Shown: positions 30,382 through 40,887 of the stretch, piece by piece
Layout: each line of letters starts with the position of its first letter
How positions within the stretch are numbered: the first letter of the stretch is position 1
DNA from: Alphaproteobacteria bacterium
GTDB lineage: Bacteria; Pseudomonadota; Alphaproteobacteria; Rs-D84
Assembly: GCA_050943575.1 (NCBI GenBank)
Contig: JBMNPL010000004.1
Location: 1-46,741 of the forward strand
Reading direction: 5' to 3'
DNA length: 46,741 nucleotides
Notes under the pieces: generated by a model
What the model saw: the letters and a program-made list of their open reading frames with translations, nothing else
The model's database searches: none
Told to the model about the DNA's origin: nothing
Program-made: the position numbers and the translations under genes

Positions 30382-30948
30382 ATGAGGCACATGAAAGCAA
30401 AACGCAAATTTAATCGCGATATTAATGCACGCAAGGCTTTATTTCGTGGTTTAGCAAAAAGTTTGATTGAAAAAGAACAGATTAAAACGACATTACCCAA
30501 AGCAAAAGATTTGCGCGGTGTTGTTGAAAAACTAATTACTCGTGCCAAGGTTGATTCTGTTGCAAATCGTCGTTTGACATCTGCTGATTTAGGCAGCAAT
30601 AGTGCAGATGCGGTTAAAAAATTATTTACAATTTTGGGTCCTCGTTATGCAAAGCGTCCGGGGGGATATACTCGTGTATTAAAAGCTGGTTTTCGTTATG
30701 GTGATGCTGCTCCGATGGCAATTATTGAATTAGTTGATCGTGATGAATCTGCAAAAAAATCAAAAGAAACAAAAGAAGTCAAAGAAAAGTTAGCTGACAA
30801 GAAAACAGAACAAACAAAATCAGAAGCAGAAAAGACAAAACCGGCAAAAGCAAAGGCTACAAAAGTTGTAAAAGATGTTGCTGGAAAAACTAAAACGACA
30901 GGTGCTACAAAATCTGTCGCGATTAAACGTCGTGCGACTGGTAAATAA
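30382..30948 (+). CDS. rplQ: 50S ribosomal protein L17 with Lys/Ala/Thr-rich C-terminal extension
   Basis: [30 protein letters not shown]. Confidence 0.98.
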   Translation: MRHMKAKRKFNRDINARKALFRGLAKSLIEKEQIKTTLPKAKDLRGVVEKLITRAKVDSVANRRLTSADLGSNSADAVKKLFTILGPRYAKRPGGYTRVLKAGFRYGDAAPMAIIELVDRDESAKKSKETKEVKEKLADKKTEQTKSEAEKTKPAKAKATKVVKDVAGKTKTTGATKSVAIKRRATGK

Positions 30949-30952
30949 AACA

Positions 30953-30978
30953 GCGGGCATTTGCCCGCATTCTTTTTT
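30953..30978 (+). terminator. Terminator closing the ribosomal superoperon
   Basis: GCGGGCA/TGCCCGC hairpin plus T tract. Confidence 0.75.
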
Positions 30979-31013
30979 ATTTTAATAGTATTCATGTGAT
31001 TTTATATTATTGT

Positions 31014-31889
31014 TTATAATTCGGATATATCTTTAATTATTTTTATTCCGTTTGCTTTCCAATTTGGAATTAATATTTCTAAATCCATAATATTGTCAGT
31101 TTTTAATAATAACACAGGTATTGCATTTTCATTTTTTGCGGCTGTAATAACTGCATTTATGGGGGATGGTTTTTGTTTTCCTGTGGCGAACCAGTTATCT
31201 TCATCTGCCACCCAAAAATCAGAATCGTCATGAGTTATGATGGCGAATTTTTTATTATTAATAGTTTTTATTTCTATTTTATTTTCATCTGGTTTATTAA
31301 ATTCTGTTTTATTATTAGGGACGTCATCCCAATTTAATTCTTTGAATACTGGGATATTGGGATCTTCTATTTTATCAATATCAAAACTTTCTGGTAACAT
31401 CATTGACATTTCATCTATGTTTTGATTACATTCTGCTGATAGATTAACAGGTGGTTTATTTGGAACGATTTTGCAGTTCATTACTCCACGTGATAATTGT
31501 CCACGTATCATTCTTGTGTATGGCACATGCATTTCTTCGGGCATTTCGGATGGAAATATTATTTCAGTTTCTTTATCATTGATTTTTTCTGATTCTGTTT
31601 TATTTTCTTTTTCTTCTTTTTCTTTTTTTAATGTTATTAATGGTTTACTTGTTTTTATTATAGTTATACATCCTGCCAGCCATATAGGAATCCATGCGAC
31701 AAGTGCGATTATAAAACTAAATTTGGCAAATCCATGCAGAACAATTTTTGATAATCCAATCCAACTGGATAAGTATAAAATATTAAAATTAAAAAGCATT
31801 AAAAAAATTAAACCAGAGACGATAAAATACCCCATCGTCCAAACAATAATATACTTTAACGGAAAAGACTTTTTTACTTCTTTTGACAT
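31014..31889 (-). CDS. Hypothetical membrane protein (N-terminal TMs, soluble C-terminal domain)
   Basis: 291-aa ORF with hydrophobic N-terminal ~80 aa. Confidence 0.75.
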   Translation of the reverse strand: MSKEVKKSFPLKYIIVWTMGYFIVSGLIFLMLFNFNILYLSSWIGLSKIVLHGFAKFSFIIALVAWIPIWLAGCITIIKTSKPLITLKKEKEEKENKTESEKINDKETEIIFPSEMPEEMHVPYTRMIRGQLSRGVMNCKIVPNKPPVNLSAECNQNIDEMSMMLPESFDIDKIEDPNIPVFKELNWDDVPNNKTEFNKPDENKIEIKTINNKKFAIITHDDSDFWVADEDNWFATGKQKPSPINAVITAAKNENAIPVLLLKTDNIMDLEILIPNWKANGIKIIKDISEL

Positions 31890-32044
31890 TATATAAACAT
31901 AATATGACTATCTACCAGTTTTGTCAAGTATTTATTTAATTTTGATTTTTATTTTGAATTTAAAAATTTATTATAAAAAGTATTTTTTTTATTTTTATTA
32001 TATTTATAATATGATATAATGAAACAAAACAGGGAGAATTAAAT

Positions 32045-34303
32045 ATGAGAAAATTACTCGGATTTCTAGGCTTTTTTGCTTTTACATCAGTTTTAGCAAT
32101 TTCTGCAGATGCTGCTCCAGGACAAAATTTACGTGGTTGGGCTGGTGCTGATACTTCTCGGGCAACTGCTATATCATCCAGTCGTATGCCTACTATGCCG
32201 GCTGGAATGGGTGGTGTGGTTTCTGCTGGGATAGGTGGTGGAAATATGTCTCCCAGCCAAAATCTTCCTAATCCTACTGTTATGGCTTGTATACCGGGTG
32301 CAACTCAGGCTTGTGTAACGACTACTGGTCAATCAGGAACACAAGTATGTGAAGAAAATGGCACATGGGGTCAATGTATTGCGACGGTTACACCTCCAAA
32401 AGTATTTTCTGTTGAAGAATGTATGAATTCTTTGATGGCGTGTGTAAATAGTGGTGGATTACCAAACGGTGTTGCTGATATGTATGATCAAAGTATACGG
32501 AATTCTATAATTAGTGGAATGGGTTTATGTAAATCTGTTGTTGATAGATGTATTGCTGACATTAATTTTTATCATAGTTCATCAGATGTTTGGATTGATT
32601 TTAATTCTCGCGTTGTTCAACCAGAATATTATAGTTTTGTTTTACGTAAAACTGGATTGACTCCGAATCAGGCTGAAAACACATGTAATTTATTAGATAA
32701 AAATGTTTATGGTAAATCATTCGCTGCAGTGGGCGGCACTAAGAATAATAAGCAAGTCAGAGGCGAATATGATCAAGATATAAATGCATATAATAATTTA
32801 GCAAAAGAAGCAAAAACTAAAGATAATCCTTTAGGGGCAACGGTTAATAACGATGCTAATTATGACGGTGGTCGTGGTCATTATGCACGTTGGGATGCAA
32901 CCAAAGGGGAATGTTTAGTTCGTGTTGCTGCATATAATAAAGATAAATTAATTACTAATAAATGGCTGGGAATTGGTGATGATAAAGCTGCTGAAGTTTG
33001 GCAACCAGCCGGCAGTAGTTTTACTTGTAATAAAGAATTGTTTGAATTTGGATTAATGAATCAAACAAAGAAAATGGCTGTATTAGGAACCACGGGTGGC
33101 GCAGTTGCGGGTGGATTATTGGGTTTAGCAGGTGGTGCCGCCAAAGATAAAAAATTAGCATCAATGGATTATTGTGATTCCAGAGAAAATTTGATAAAAA
33201 TGAACGAGGAATTAAAAGATAATGAAGCGCGTGCAATACTTAATGAATACTTGGGTGGTCCAAGTGCAACTTCTATTTCTAAGTATCAACCTGAGCAACC
33301 ATTGGCTGTAACTACTGTTTTAAAGTCGGGCAAACAAATAACTAAAAAAGAATGTGAAAAAATTCAAAAATTATATAACAGTTATCAACAATGGAAAGTT
33401 ATAACAATTGCCGCAGGTACAGACCATAAAGAATTACCAGCCGTAGCAGAATATTGTGTCAGTTGTGATAAAGCATGTGATGGAGTTATAGAAGCAGGTC
33501 AAGAAGCATATAAAACAAAATATGATCAAAATAGTAATATACCTTATTGTTCTATTTTAACTTTTGCTAAACAAGCTATGAAATCAAAAGCAGGTGATAC
33601 TTGTTCAGAATTGCTAACTGCATTTGATGATTATATGGAATCCATAGGATGTGATAATGAGGAAATACAAGATTGCACAAATCAGGAATTAGCAAATGGG
33701 AAAAGATTATATCATAACCCAAATAGGATGTATGCTAACTTAAATAAAGAAGTTTATTGTAATGCTGGAGAACAAAATTGTATATCAGGAAATGAATTTA
33801 AAAAACAAGTCGCGCGTCTTGGTTCAGTTCTTGAAAACTTAGATATTGCTAATACAATAGATCAAGGAATGAGCCATAAAGCCAAGGGCGCATTAATTGG
33901 TGCAGGTGTCGGTGCAGGTGTTGGTGGATTGGCAACCGCTATTACGGCTTTTGTTGAAAAGAATAATATTAGCTGTCGTGTAGGGGATGATTTAAATAGA
34001 ATTCAAATGGGTAAATCCGGAACCATAGATACATTAAAAAATTATTATGTAAAATGGGGTCTAAATTTACCAGATATTGTTACTACACCAACAGTACATG
34101 TTACAGATTGTGAAACTTGGAGAGCCGCATGTTCAGCAATAACAAATATTGAAGAATGTGTAACCGCAAGTGTTCATTATAAAAAAACAATTGAAAGTGT
34201 TACTACTACACAACTTGTTCATAATGCATGTGCTGTAAATGTAGCAGATGGAACATGTCAAGAAAACTTGCCGGTTGCAACCAGTCAAGGTGCATGTCCA
34301 TAA
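32045..34303 (+). CDS. Secreted Cys-rich protein with two glycine-zipper segments
   Basis: Signal peptide (ADA), GGGAG RBS, many Cys, GGAVAGGLLGLAGG and GALIGAGVGAGVGG. Confidence 0.85.
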   Translation: MRKLLGFLGFFAFTSVLAISADAAPGQNLRGWAGADTSRATAISSSRMPTMPAGMGGVVSAGIGGGNMSPSQNLPNPTVMACIPGATQACVTTTGQSGTQVCEENGTWGQCIATVTPPKVFSVEECMNSLMACVNSGGLPNGVADMYDQSIRNSIISGMGLCKSVVDRCIADINFYHSSSDVWIDFNSRVVQPEYYSFVLRKTGLTPNQAENTCNLLDKNVYGKSFAAVGGTKNNKQVRGEYDQDINAYNNLAKEAKTKDNPLGATVNNDANYDGGRGHYARWDATKGECLVRVAAYNKDKLITNKWLGIGDDKAAEVWQPAGSSFTCNKELFEFGLMNQTKKMAVLGTTGGAVAGGLLGLAGGAAKDKKLASMDYCDSRENLIKMNEELKDNEARAILNEYLGGPSATSISKYQPEQPLAVTTVLKSGKQITKKECEKIQKLYNSYQQWKVITIAAGTDHKELPAVAEYCVSCDKACDGVIEAGQEAYKTKYDQNSNIPYCSILTFAKQAMKSKAGDTCSELLTAFDDYMESIGCDNEEIQDCTNQELANGKRLYHNPNRMYANLNKEVYCNAGEQNCISGNEFKKQVARLGSVLENLDIANTIDQGMSHKAKGALIGAGVGAGVGGLATAITAFVEKNNISCRVGDDLNRIQMGKSGTIDTLKNYYVKWGLNLPDIVTTPTVHVTDCETWRAACSAITNIEECVTASVHYKKTIESVTTTQLVHNACAVNVADGTCQENLPVATSQGACP

Positions 34304-34320
34304 TCAAGTGATTAAAAATT

Positions 34321-34344
34321 AACCCGCCTAAATGGCGGGTTTTT
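34321..34344. terminator. Terminator between convergent genes
   Basis: AACCCGCC/GGCGGGTT stem with T tail. Confidence 0.8.
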
Positions 34345-34350
34345 ATTTAT

Positions 34351-34641
34351 TTATTTTTGATGTGCTTTTCTGTCCTCAATAATAAAATATATACATTTAT
34401 TATTAGTATTTGAATTATTTTTACCAGAATATACCCTTATACAAGAATTGTTAGAAACAATTTTTCGTGATCGAGAGTTTTGTATGTTCATAGTCACACT
34501 ATCTTGATGCGTAACAACAGTTGAATCTGATTGTACCTGTTGATTTTGTGCAAAACTATTTTTGCCAACTAATAACATTATCGCTGGTATTCCACCAAAC
34601 ATTAAAATATTTTTTACCCAATTTGGTATTCTTTTTGACAT
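34351..34641 (-). CDS. Hypothetical small exported protein
   Basis: GGAGG RBS; hydrophobic stretch ending SFA-Q. Confidence 0.6.
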   Translation of the reverse strand: MSKRIPNWVKNILMFGGIPAIMLLVGKNSFAQNQQVQSDSTVVTHQDSVTMNIQNSRSRKIVSNNSCIRVYSGKNNSNTNNKCIYFIIEDRKAHQK

Positions 34642-34765
34642 TTTTGCCTCCGTCTAGTTTAAGAATTTTATTTATTGTAATATAATTATAAGACATAAAC
34701 ATTGTTTGTCAAGCATAATATTAAAAAAATAATATCTGGGTCAGGTTTTAATATTTTAACAATAA

Positions 34766-34789
34766 AAAATCGCCCTGATGGGCGATTTT
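34766..34789 (-). terminator. clpX terminator
   Basis: AAAATCGCCC-TGAT-GGGCGATTTT directly after the clpX stop. Confidence 0.8.
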
Positions 34790-36044
34790 ATGCGACTTTT
34801 TTATTTTTCTTATAAACTTCAATTGGTTCTTTTTTATTTTCAACAACGTCTGCATCAATTATAATTTCGGCTAAATCTTGTTTATCTGGAATATCAAACA
34901 TTGGTTGTAATAATAATTTTTCTAAAATACTACGCAATCCACGCGCACCGCTTTTTCTAGCAAGTGCTTTTTTTGCAATTAACTTTAATGCGTCTTCTTT
35001 GATTGTTAATTTTACACCTTCCATTTCTAATAACGCTTGATATTGACGAACAATAGCATTTTTAGGCTTGGTTAAAATTTCAACCAGTGCATCTTCATCC
35101 AATTCATTTAAAGTTGTAATAACTGGTAATCGCCCGATTAATTCAGGAATAATTCCAAAACGAACTAAATCTTCGGGTTGAACATCTGGTAAGTTATTTT
35201 TCGCATCACGTTCTTTTTTACTTGCCACATTTGCACCAAATCCAATTCCTGCGCGTTCATTTGTTCGTGTTCCTATAATTTTATTTAATCCATCAAAAGC
35301 ACCACCACAAATAAATAAAATCTTGCTGGTATCCAGTGTTAATGTGCTTCCACTTGGGTGTTTGCGTTCACCGCCTTGGGGGGAAACATTTGCGATTGTT
35401 CCTTCAATTAATTTTAATAAAGCCTGTTGAACACCTTCACCAGAAACATCACGTGTTAAACTGGGATTTTCGCTTTTACGCGCAATTTTATCAATTTCAT
35501 CAATATAAATAATTCCACGTTGTGCGCGTTCAATATCAAAATTAGCGGCTTGAACAAGTCGTGTTAAAATATTTTCAACATCTTCGCCAACATAACCAGC
35601 CTCGGTAAGTGTGGTCGCATCAGCAATTGCAAATGGAACATCCAATATTTTTGCCAAAGTCTGTGCAAATAATGTTTTACCAGTCCCCGTTGGCCCAATT
35701 ATTAAAATATTTGATTTTTGAACTTCTATATCTGATCGTAATCCCGCACTATGACGTTTATAATGATTATAAACTGCAACTGCTAGTGTTTTTTTTGCTT
35801 CGTCTTGACCGATAATATACTCGTTTAAAATTTCATAAATTTTACTGGGTGTTGGTAAAGCCGCAGCATCTTTTGTAATTTTCTGTCTATCATCATCGGC
35901 TAAAATATCATTACATAAATTTATACATTCATCACAAATACAAACATTTTTACCGGTTACAATTCTACGAACTTCGTGCATTGCTTTACCGCAAAAACTA
36001 CAAATTTGTTGTTCTGATATTTTTTTATCTTCGTTTTCAGACAT
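34788..36044 (-). CDS. clpX: ATP-dependent Clp protease ATP-binding subunit ClpX
   Basis: CSFCGK...ICDEC zinc finger, [23 protein letters not shown] loop. Confidence 0.99.
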   Translation of the reverse strand: MSENEDKKISEQQICSFCGKAMHEVRRIVTGKNVCICDECINLCNDILADDDRQKITKDAAALPTPSKIYEILNEYIIGQDEAKKTLAVAVYNHYKRHSAGLRSDIEVQKSNILIIGPTGTGKTLFAQTLAKILDVPFAIADATTLTEAGYVGEDVENILTRLVQAANFDIERAQRGIIYIDEIDKIARKSENPSLTRDVSGEGVQQALLKLIEGTIANVSPQGGERKHPSGSTLTLDTSKILFICGGAFDGLNKIIGTRTNERAGIGFGANVASKKERDAKNNLPDVQPEDLVRFGIIPELIGRLPVITTLNELDEDALVEILTKPKNAIVRQYQALLEMEGVKLTIKEDALKLIAKKALARKSGARGLRSILEKLLLQPMFDIPDKQDLAEIIIDADVVENKKEPIEVYKKNKKVA

Positions 36045-36047
36045 ATT

Positions 36048-36632
36048 TTACGCCTTTTTAATCATAACTTCGTCAATTAAACCAAATTCTTTGGCTTCGG
36101 TTGCGGACATAAAATTATCGCGCTCCATAGCATCATGTAATTCTTTTTCTGTTTTTCCGGTAAATTCAGCCATCATTTTAGCGGATTCTTTTTTTAATTT
36201 AGAAAATTCCGCAATATGAATTTCCATATCGGTAACTTGTCCTTGGGTTCCTGCCAAAGGTTGATGAATCATTATACGTGAATGAGGCAGGGCAAAGCGT
36301 TTTCCTTTTTCACCCGCTGCTAAAAGTATTGCCCCCATTGATGCAACTAAACCCATTCCAATAGTAGAAACATTTGCCTTGATATATTGCATAGTATCTA
36401 ATATTGCACGTCCTGCATCAACTTCACCACCAGGGCTTTGAATATACATTGAAATATCTGCATTTGGATTTTCAGATTCCAAAAGAAGTAATTGGGCAAT
36501 TATACTATTTGCCATTTGCGAGTTAATTTCACCTTGCAACATTACAATTCTATCCCGCAACAAACGACTATAAATATCAAAACTGCGTTCGCCTCTGGGG
36601 GTTTCTTCTATAACCATTGGTATTAAAGCCAT
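36048..36632 (-). CDS. clpP: Clp protease proteolytic subunit ClpP
   Basis: DIYSRLL, SPGG, ASMG, MIHQP, ERD. Confidence 0.99.
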   Translation of the reverse strand: MALIPMVIEETPRGERSFDIYSRLLRDRIVMLQGEINSQMANSIIAQLLLLESENPNADISMYIQSPGGEVDAGRAILDTMQYIKANVSTIGMGLVASMGAILLAAGEKGKRFALPHSRIMIHQPLAGTQGQVTDMEIHIAEFSKLKKESAKMMAEFTGKTEKELHDAMERDNFMSATEAKEFGLIDEVMIKKA

Positions 36633-36753
36633 AATTCATCCTTTATGTAAGTGTTTTTTATTATAACATTGAAATTTCCGATTCGCGAGTTTTCCCCTTG
36701 CGCCTTGGTATAAAAATAATGTAAAATCTATTTAAGGAATTTCAAGGGTAAAA

Positions 36754-39630
36754 TTGTATAAATTTCTGCGTTTTTGCGGTATTGTTTTTGTGTGCATATT
36801 ATCTGCACCTGTATTTTCTGCGCAAAATCAACGATCTGTTGTTCAATCTATCGCCAGCCGAACTCCCAGTTCAACAAATCAATCAATTGAAACACGTTCT
36901 AATAGAAAATCAAATTCTATAAATTCTGTTTCATCTCGTAATTCCGCGCAACCTGCCAGAACGGCGGCAAATGTTATTGTAAATAGAAGTGGGACAACAA
37001 ATAATGTTCGTTCTGCGGTGCGTCAAAATCCATCCATCAGTGCAAGTAATATATCACGATCTGCTATTGCCTCATCAAGCACATCAATGGGCGATGGGTA
37101 TAATACTTGCAGAGAGGCTTATTTTGCATGTATGGATCAATTTTGTGCGTATAAAGATGAAACATATCGTCGTTGTGTTTGCAGTTCCAGACTTGATGGT
37201 TTAAGAGAAATGGCAAATAAAGTTGGTCAAACTCAACATCAACTAGAAAATTTTGCTGATTATAATATTGATGCTATTTCTAAAACTGCCAAAGAAGTTT
37301 CCGCATCACTTACTGCAAGTGCGGGTGAAAGTAGTGTTTTGGCTGATAAATCTGAAAGTGCTCAAAAATTAGCTGGCATATCTGCAATTTTAAGCAATAC
37401 AAAAACAAAATCTTTATCTACTTCTGGCACATTGGATATTGCGGGTGATATTGGTGCTATATGGAGCACACCTGATTTTATTGGCAGTTCAGATATTGCA
37501 AATATGGAGGGTGAAAAACTATATTCCCAGGTTCACGGTCAATGTTTAGATATGGTTGCAAATGTATGCCCCCGCGAAGCGACATTAAATATGGTTGTAT
37601 CTGCGTATGGTATGTATATAGAACAAGATTGTAATATTATCCAAGCATCATTAGAGGGCAGAAAAACAACCGCCGCCGCTGCTGTTAGAATGACAAATCG
37701 CAATATGGAATTGGCAAGATTGGAAAATTATGATGCGCATAATTCTACCGAAATAAATGATTGTATTGCCCAAGTACGCAAAGATATAACTTCGGATACA
37801 GCATGCGGTGCAAATTTTGTTCATTGTTTGGATGTTACGGGTTTATATCTAGATTTTAATACTGGTGAACCTATATATTCTCCGGATTTTTTTAAATTGG
37901 AAAATCAAACGACTTTGGATGGGGATTTTTTAAATTCAAACACGAATCGTTTATTAATTGCAAAACTAGAAGAATATAAAGCATCCGCATCACGTGGATT
38001 GGATACTTGTCGTGATGTTGCCGATGATGTTTGGGCAGAATTTAAACGTCAGGCTGTAATAGAAATTTATCAAGCACAACAAGCACGGGTAAAGCAAGTC
38101 CGAGACGAATGTCTTTCTGTTGTTAATCAATGTTATGATGAAAAAATTGGTCAGTTAAAAAACTTTGCAAATCTAGATTCTCAAATGATGATTGGTCAAT
38201 CAGTTGCCACAGCCGAAGCATTATGCCAAGAAAAATTAAATTCATGTAGTAATGTTTTTGGTGGTGGATCAGCAGGATTGGAATCATTATTAACATTTGT
38301 TAAAGATGTTGGTTCATCAAAAATCTCAGAAAATTGTAAAGAAAATCTTGATAAATATATTCATGAAGTATGTGCAACTACGGGGGATTTATCACATAGC
38401 TATCCATATTCTTGTCGTGTAAGAAATCCAGGTTCTTATGAATGTGAAATGCAACGTTGGGTACAAGAGGGATCGGCATCATGCTCTGCAACACAATCTG
38501 GGTCTGTTTATGAATTATTGGTAAAATACGCGCGTGAAAATTGTGTTCGTTCTGATTATCCGGCGAACACACCATTACCATCGGACGTTATGGAATATGT
38601 TAATAGTATATTTGACACAGTTTTATATGACATGCGATTGGTATTAAAATCTGAATGTGAATTATATTCTGGTGAATGGATTGATAGTGGTTCAAAATCT
38701 AATATTGAACTTTATACACAATTGGTAACAGCATCAGATTTATGGGGTTCTTGTATAAAACCTTATTGTGTTTTCCAAGGGGACGCATACTTGGATGATA
38801 ATGGTGTTAAACGTTGTTGCCCACCAAATTCAATTTATGACGAAACTTGTTCCACAGATAATCCTTGTATACCAGGAACAAAATGCAGACTAATAACTTG
38901 TCCAGCAAATGCAACTATTAATACATCTATATGCGATACCCCTGAAAAAATAATAAGTTCAGATCCACCTATACTGGGGGGGTGTATAAATAATACTAAT
39001 ACATCAAATTCATCATATTGTAAATGTTCATCAAATTATTATAGTATTCCAACAGATTATAATGATGTTGTTGAAGGTTTTAATTTTGAAGATTTTAATT
39101 TTGAAGATGGACAAGGAGTATGCTGGCCAAAATGTCCGACAAATTCACATTGGGTTTCTAAAAACGATTGTGGTGCTTCTGGTGCCGTTGGAGTACATCA
39201 AGGATGTGTATCAAAATATTGTCAGTGTGATATAGGTTATAAAGTTGGCGAGATAGCCGGTAGCTTTGATCAACAAGAAGTAGGTGGTATGGTACAACCA
39301 GGTGGCGCGGCGGTTTTACCAATTACATTACAAAAAGGTAATATAAATATAACGAAAAAAAATAAGTCAAATATTCCAAATAATAAAAAAGCAGGTGATA
39401 AAATAGCCCGAGCAGGTGGTACGATGCCAGGTGGTTTAACACCTTATACAACAAAGATATGTATATCCTATTGCCCACCAAATTCAACATATAGCACCTC
39501 TTGTACTGGTCCAGGTCCTCTTCATATTAGTTGTTTCGCTAATAGTGAATATGCAGGTTGTAAATGTAATTATGGTTATCACGCCTCGGGTGATAATTGT
39601 GTTCCAAATAATTTTGACAATGGGTATTAA
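36754..39630 (+). CDS. Secreted Cys-rich protein, family paralog A, with C-terminal Cys repeats
   Basis: Signal peptide, Ser/Arg-rich linker, C...Y..CMD.FC core shared with the 40888 and 43022 proteins; TTG start. Confidence 0.85.
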   Translation: MYKFLRFCGIVFVCILSAPVFSAQNQRSVVQSIASRTPSSTNQSIETRSNRKSNSINSVSSRNSAQPARTAANVIVNRSGTTNNVRSAVRQNPSISASNISRSAIASSSTSMGDGYNTCREAYFACMDQFCAYKDETYRRCVCSSRLDGLREMANKVGQTQHQLENFADYNIDAISKTAKEVSASLTASAGESSVLADKSESAQKLAGISAILSNTKTKSLSTSGTLDIAGDIGAIWSTPDFIGSSDIANMEGEKLYSQVHGQCLDMVANVCPREATLNMVVSAYGMYIEQDCNIIQASLEGRKTTAAAAVRMTNRNMELARLENYDAHNSTEINDCIAQVRKDITSDTACGANFVHCLDVTGLYLDFNTGEPIYSPDFFKLENQTTLDGDFLNSNTNRLLIAKLEEYKASASRGLDTCRDVADDVWAEFKRQAVIEIYQAQQARVKQVRDECLSVVNQCYDEKIGQLKNFANLDSQMMIGQSVATAEALCQEKLNSCSNVFGGGSAGLESLLTFVKDVGSSKISENCKENLDKYIHEVCATTGDLSHSYPYSCRVRNPGSYECEMQRWVQEGSASCSATQSGSVYELLVKYARENCVRSDYPANTPLPSDVMEYVNSIFDTVLYDMRLVLKSECELYSGEWIDSGSKSNIELYTQLVTASDLWGSCIKPYCVFQGDAYLDDNGVKRCCPPNSIYDETCSTDNPCIPGTKCRLITCPANATINTSICDTPEKIISSDPPILGGCINNTNTSNSSYCKCSSNYYSIPTDYNDVVEGFNFEDFNFEDGQGVCWPKCPTNSHWVSKNDCGASGAVGVHQGCVSKYCQCDIGYKVGEIAGSFDQQEVGGMVQPGGAAVLPITLQKGNINITKKNKSNIPNNKKAGDKIARAGGTMPGGLTPYTTKICISYCPPNSTYSTSCTGPGPLHISCFANSEYAGCKCNYGYHASGDNCVPNNFDNGY

Positions 39631-39742
39631 GGTCCGATTGTTAATCCTTAAAAAAATAAAAAACAAATCAAAAACTCTGATTTTCCTTGCTTTTTTTATA
39701 TTTGACGAATAAGATGCTTTTAATTAAATACAAAGGTAAAAT

Positions 39743-39991
39743 ATGGCAAAAGATGATGTAATTGTTTTTAATGGTGTTGTAGAAGATAAATTACCAAATA
39801 CAATGTTTCGTGTTCGGTTGGAAAACGGACATGAAATTTTAGCAACTGTATCTGGCAAAATGCGTAAATCCAGAATATGGGTAAATGTTGGTGAAAAGGT
39901 CAGGGTGGAAATGACCCCGTATGATTTAAATAAAGGGCGAATAGTTTATGCCGAACGCGTTCGCACCCCCACAACATCATCACAAGAATAA
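39743..39991 (+). CDS. infA: Translation initiation factor IF-1
   Basis: [35 protein letters not shown]. Confidence 0.98.
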   Translation: MAKDDVIVFNGVVEDKLPNTMFRVRLENGHEILATVSGKMRKSRIWVNVGEKVRVEMTPYDLNKGRIVYAERVRTPTTSSQE

Positions 39992-40010
39992 AAAATCCGC
40001 AAACACAAAC

Positions 40011-40276
40011 TCTCATCTTTTGACCACAACAAAAAATAAAATGACCAAAAAAGGTCATTTAATTTTTTGGCGCGCCCAGAAAGATGGCACATTCCCATTT
40101 TATGGGTCCCTTTCGCGTCGTAAGGTTCAAACTTCACAATGTTTGTTTTCACCAACTTCCCGCTCCGAACTCTACGCCACTTTGTGGCTTTTACCGAGTT
40201 CTCATCTTTCATTGACCACAGCAAAAAACAAAATGACCAAAAAGGTCATTTAATTTTTTGGCGCGCCCAGAAAGAT
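40011..40276 (-). repeat. tRNA-linked direct repeat (40011-40085 vs 40200-40276) containing the tRNA-Arg 3' 18 nt and terminator
   Basis: About 75 bp near-identical, period about 191 bp; TGGCGCGCCCAGAAAGAT at 40068 and 40259; AAATGACC/GGTCATTT hairpin in both copies. Confidence 0.9.
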
Positions 40277-40335
40277 TCGAACTCTCAGTCTTCTGATCCG
40301 TAGTCAGATGCTTTATCCAGTTAAGCTATGGGCGC
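40259..40335 (-). tRNA. tRNA-Arg(ACG)
   Basis: GCGCCCA/TGGGCGC acceptor stem, TCTGA-CT-ACG-GA-TCAGA anticodon arm, TTCGAAT T loop, CCA. Confidence 0.96.
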
Positions 40336-40346
40336 TTGCGGGTAAA

Positions 40347-40432
40347 ATAATAAACCCACAACTGCTTAAAATCAAGTAATTTTTATATATTGTGAAAAAT
40401 TACTTGCAAATTACAGGGTAAAAGTTTATATT
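40347..40432. promoter_or_regulatory. Divergent sigma70 promoters for tRNA-Arg (-) and secG (+)
   Basis: Minus strand: TTGATT, 17 bp, TATTAT (40375 to 40347). Plus strand: TTGCAA, 17 bp, TATATT (40404-40432). Confidence 0.65.
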
Positions 40433-40457
40433 TTTAGCAAAATTCAAAGGATAGTTT

Positions 40458-40772
40458 ATGTTTTCTGTATTACTTGTTTTACTAGTTATCGTTACTATTA
40501 TGATGATTGGTGTGATTTTATTACAAAAATCAGAAGGGTCCGGTATGTCCGGCAGCAGTGCAGCATCAATGTTTGGTGGTGCATTAACTGGTGCGGCTGC
40601 GGGAAATTTTTTAACAAAAACTACAACTATTCTTGCAATAATTTTCTTTGTTTTATGTGGGGCTTTGGCAATTGTATCCAGTCGTACGGCAAATAAACCG
40701 GCAGTCAGTGAATTACAACAAGAACTTGCACATCCAACTATACCTGAACCAGCAAATGTTCCTGTAAATTAA
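40458..40772 (+). CDS. secG: Preprotein translocase subunit SecG
   Basis: ILLQKSEG, FGG, NFLTKTT.ILA..F; two TM helices. Confidence 0.95.
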   Translation: MFSVLLVLLVIVTIMMIGVILLQKSEGSGMSGSSAASMFGGALTGAAAGNFLTKTTTILAIIFFVLCGALAIVSSRTANKPAVSELQQELAHPTIPEPANVPVN

Positions 40773-40797
40773 AAATCGCCTTGGTGGCGATTTTTTT
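40771..40797 (+). terminator. secG terminator
   Basis: AAAAATCGCC/GGCGATTTTT plus T tail. Confidence 0.85.
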
Positions 40798-40887
40798 AAT
40801 TATTTTATTTTTCATATTTTTATAAGATTTTTTAATTGCTGTAATCGCTAATATCTGATAAAATTAGATTAATAGTAAGAGTTGGAG

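Noticed and set aside
13845-30995. Numerous alternative-frame and antisense ORFs in the ribosomal operon
   Set aside because: Shadows of highly conserved genes with no independent motifs.
39946-40253. ORFs 39946-40224 (-) and 39948-40253 (+)
   Set aside because: They span the tRNA-linked repeat and terminators; the repeated peptide merely reflects the DNA repeat.
34766-40797. Shared AAAATCGCC/GGCGATTTT stems as a DNA-uptake or repeat family
   Set aside because: Only two instances, both ordinary terminators; not enough evidence within this window.
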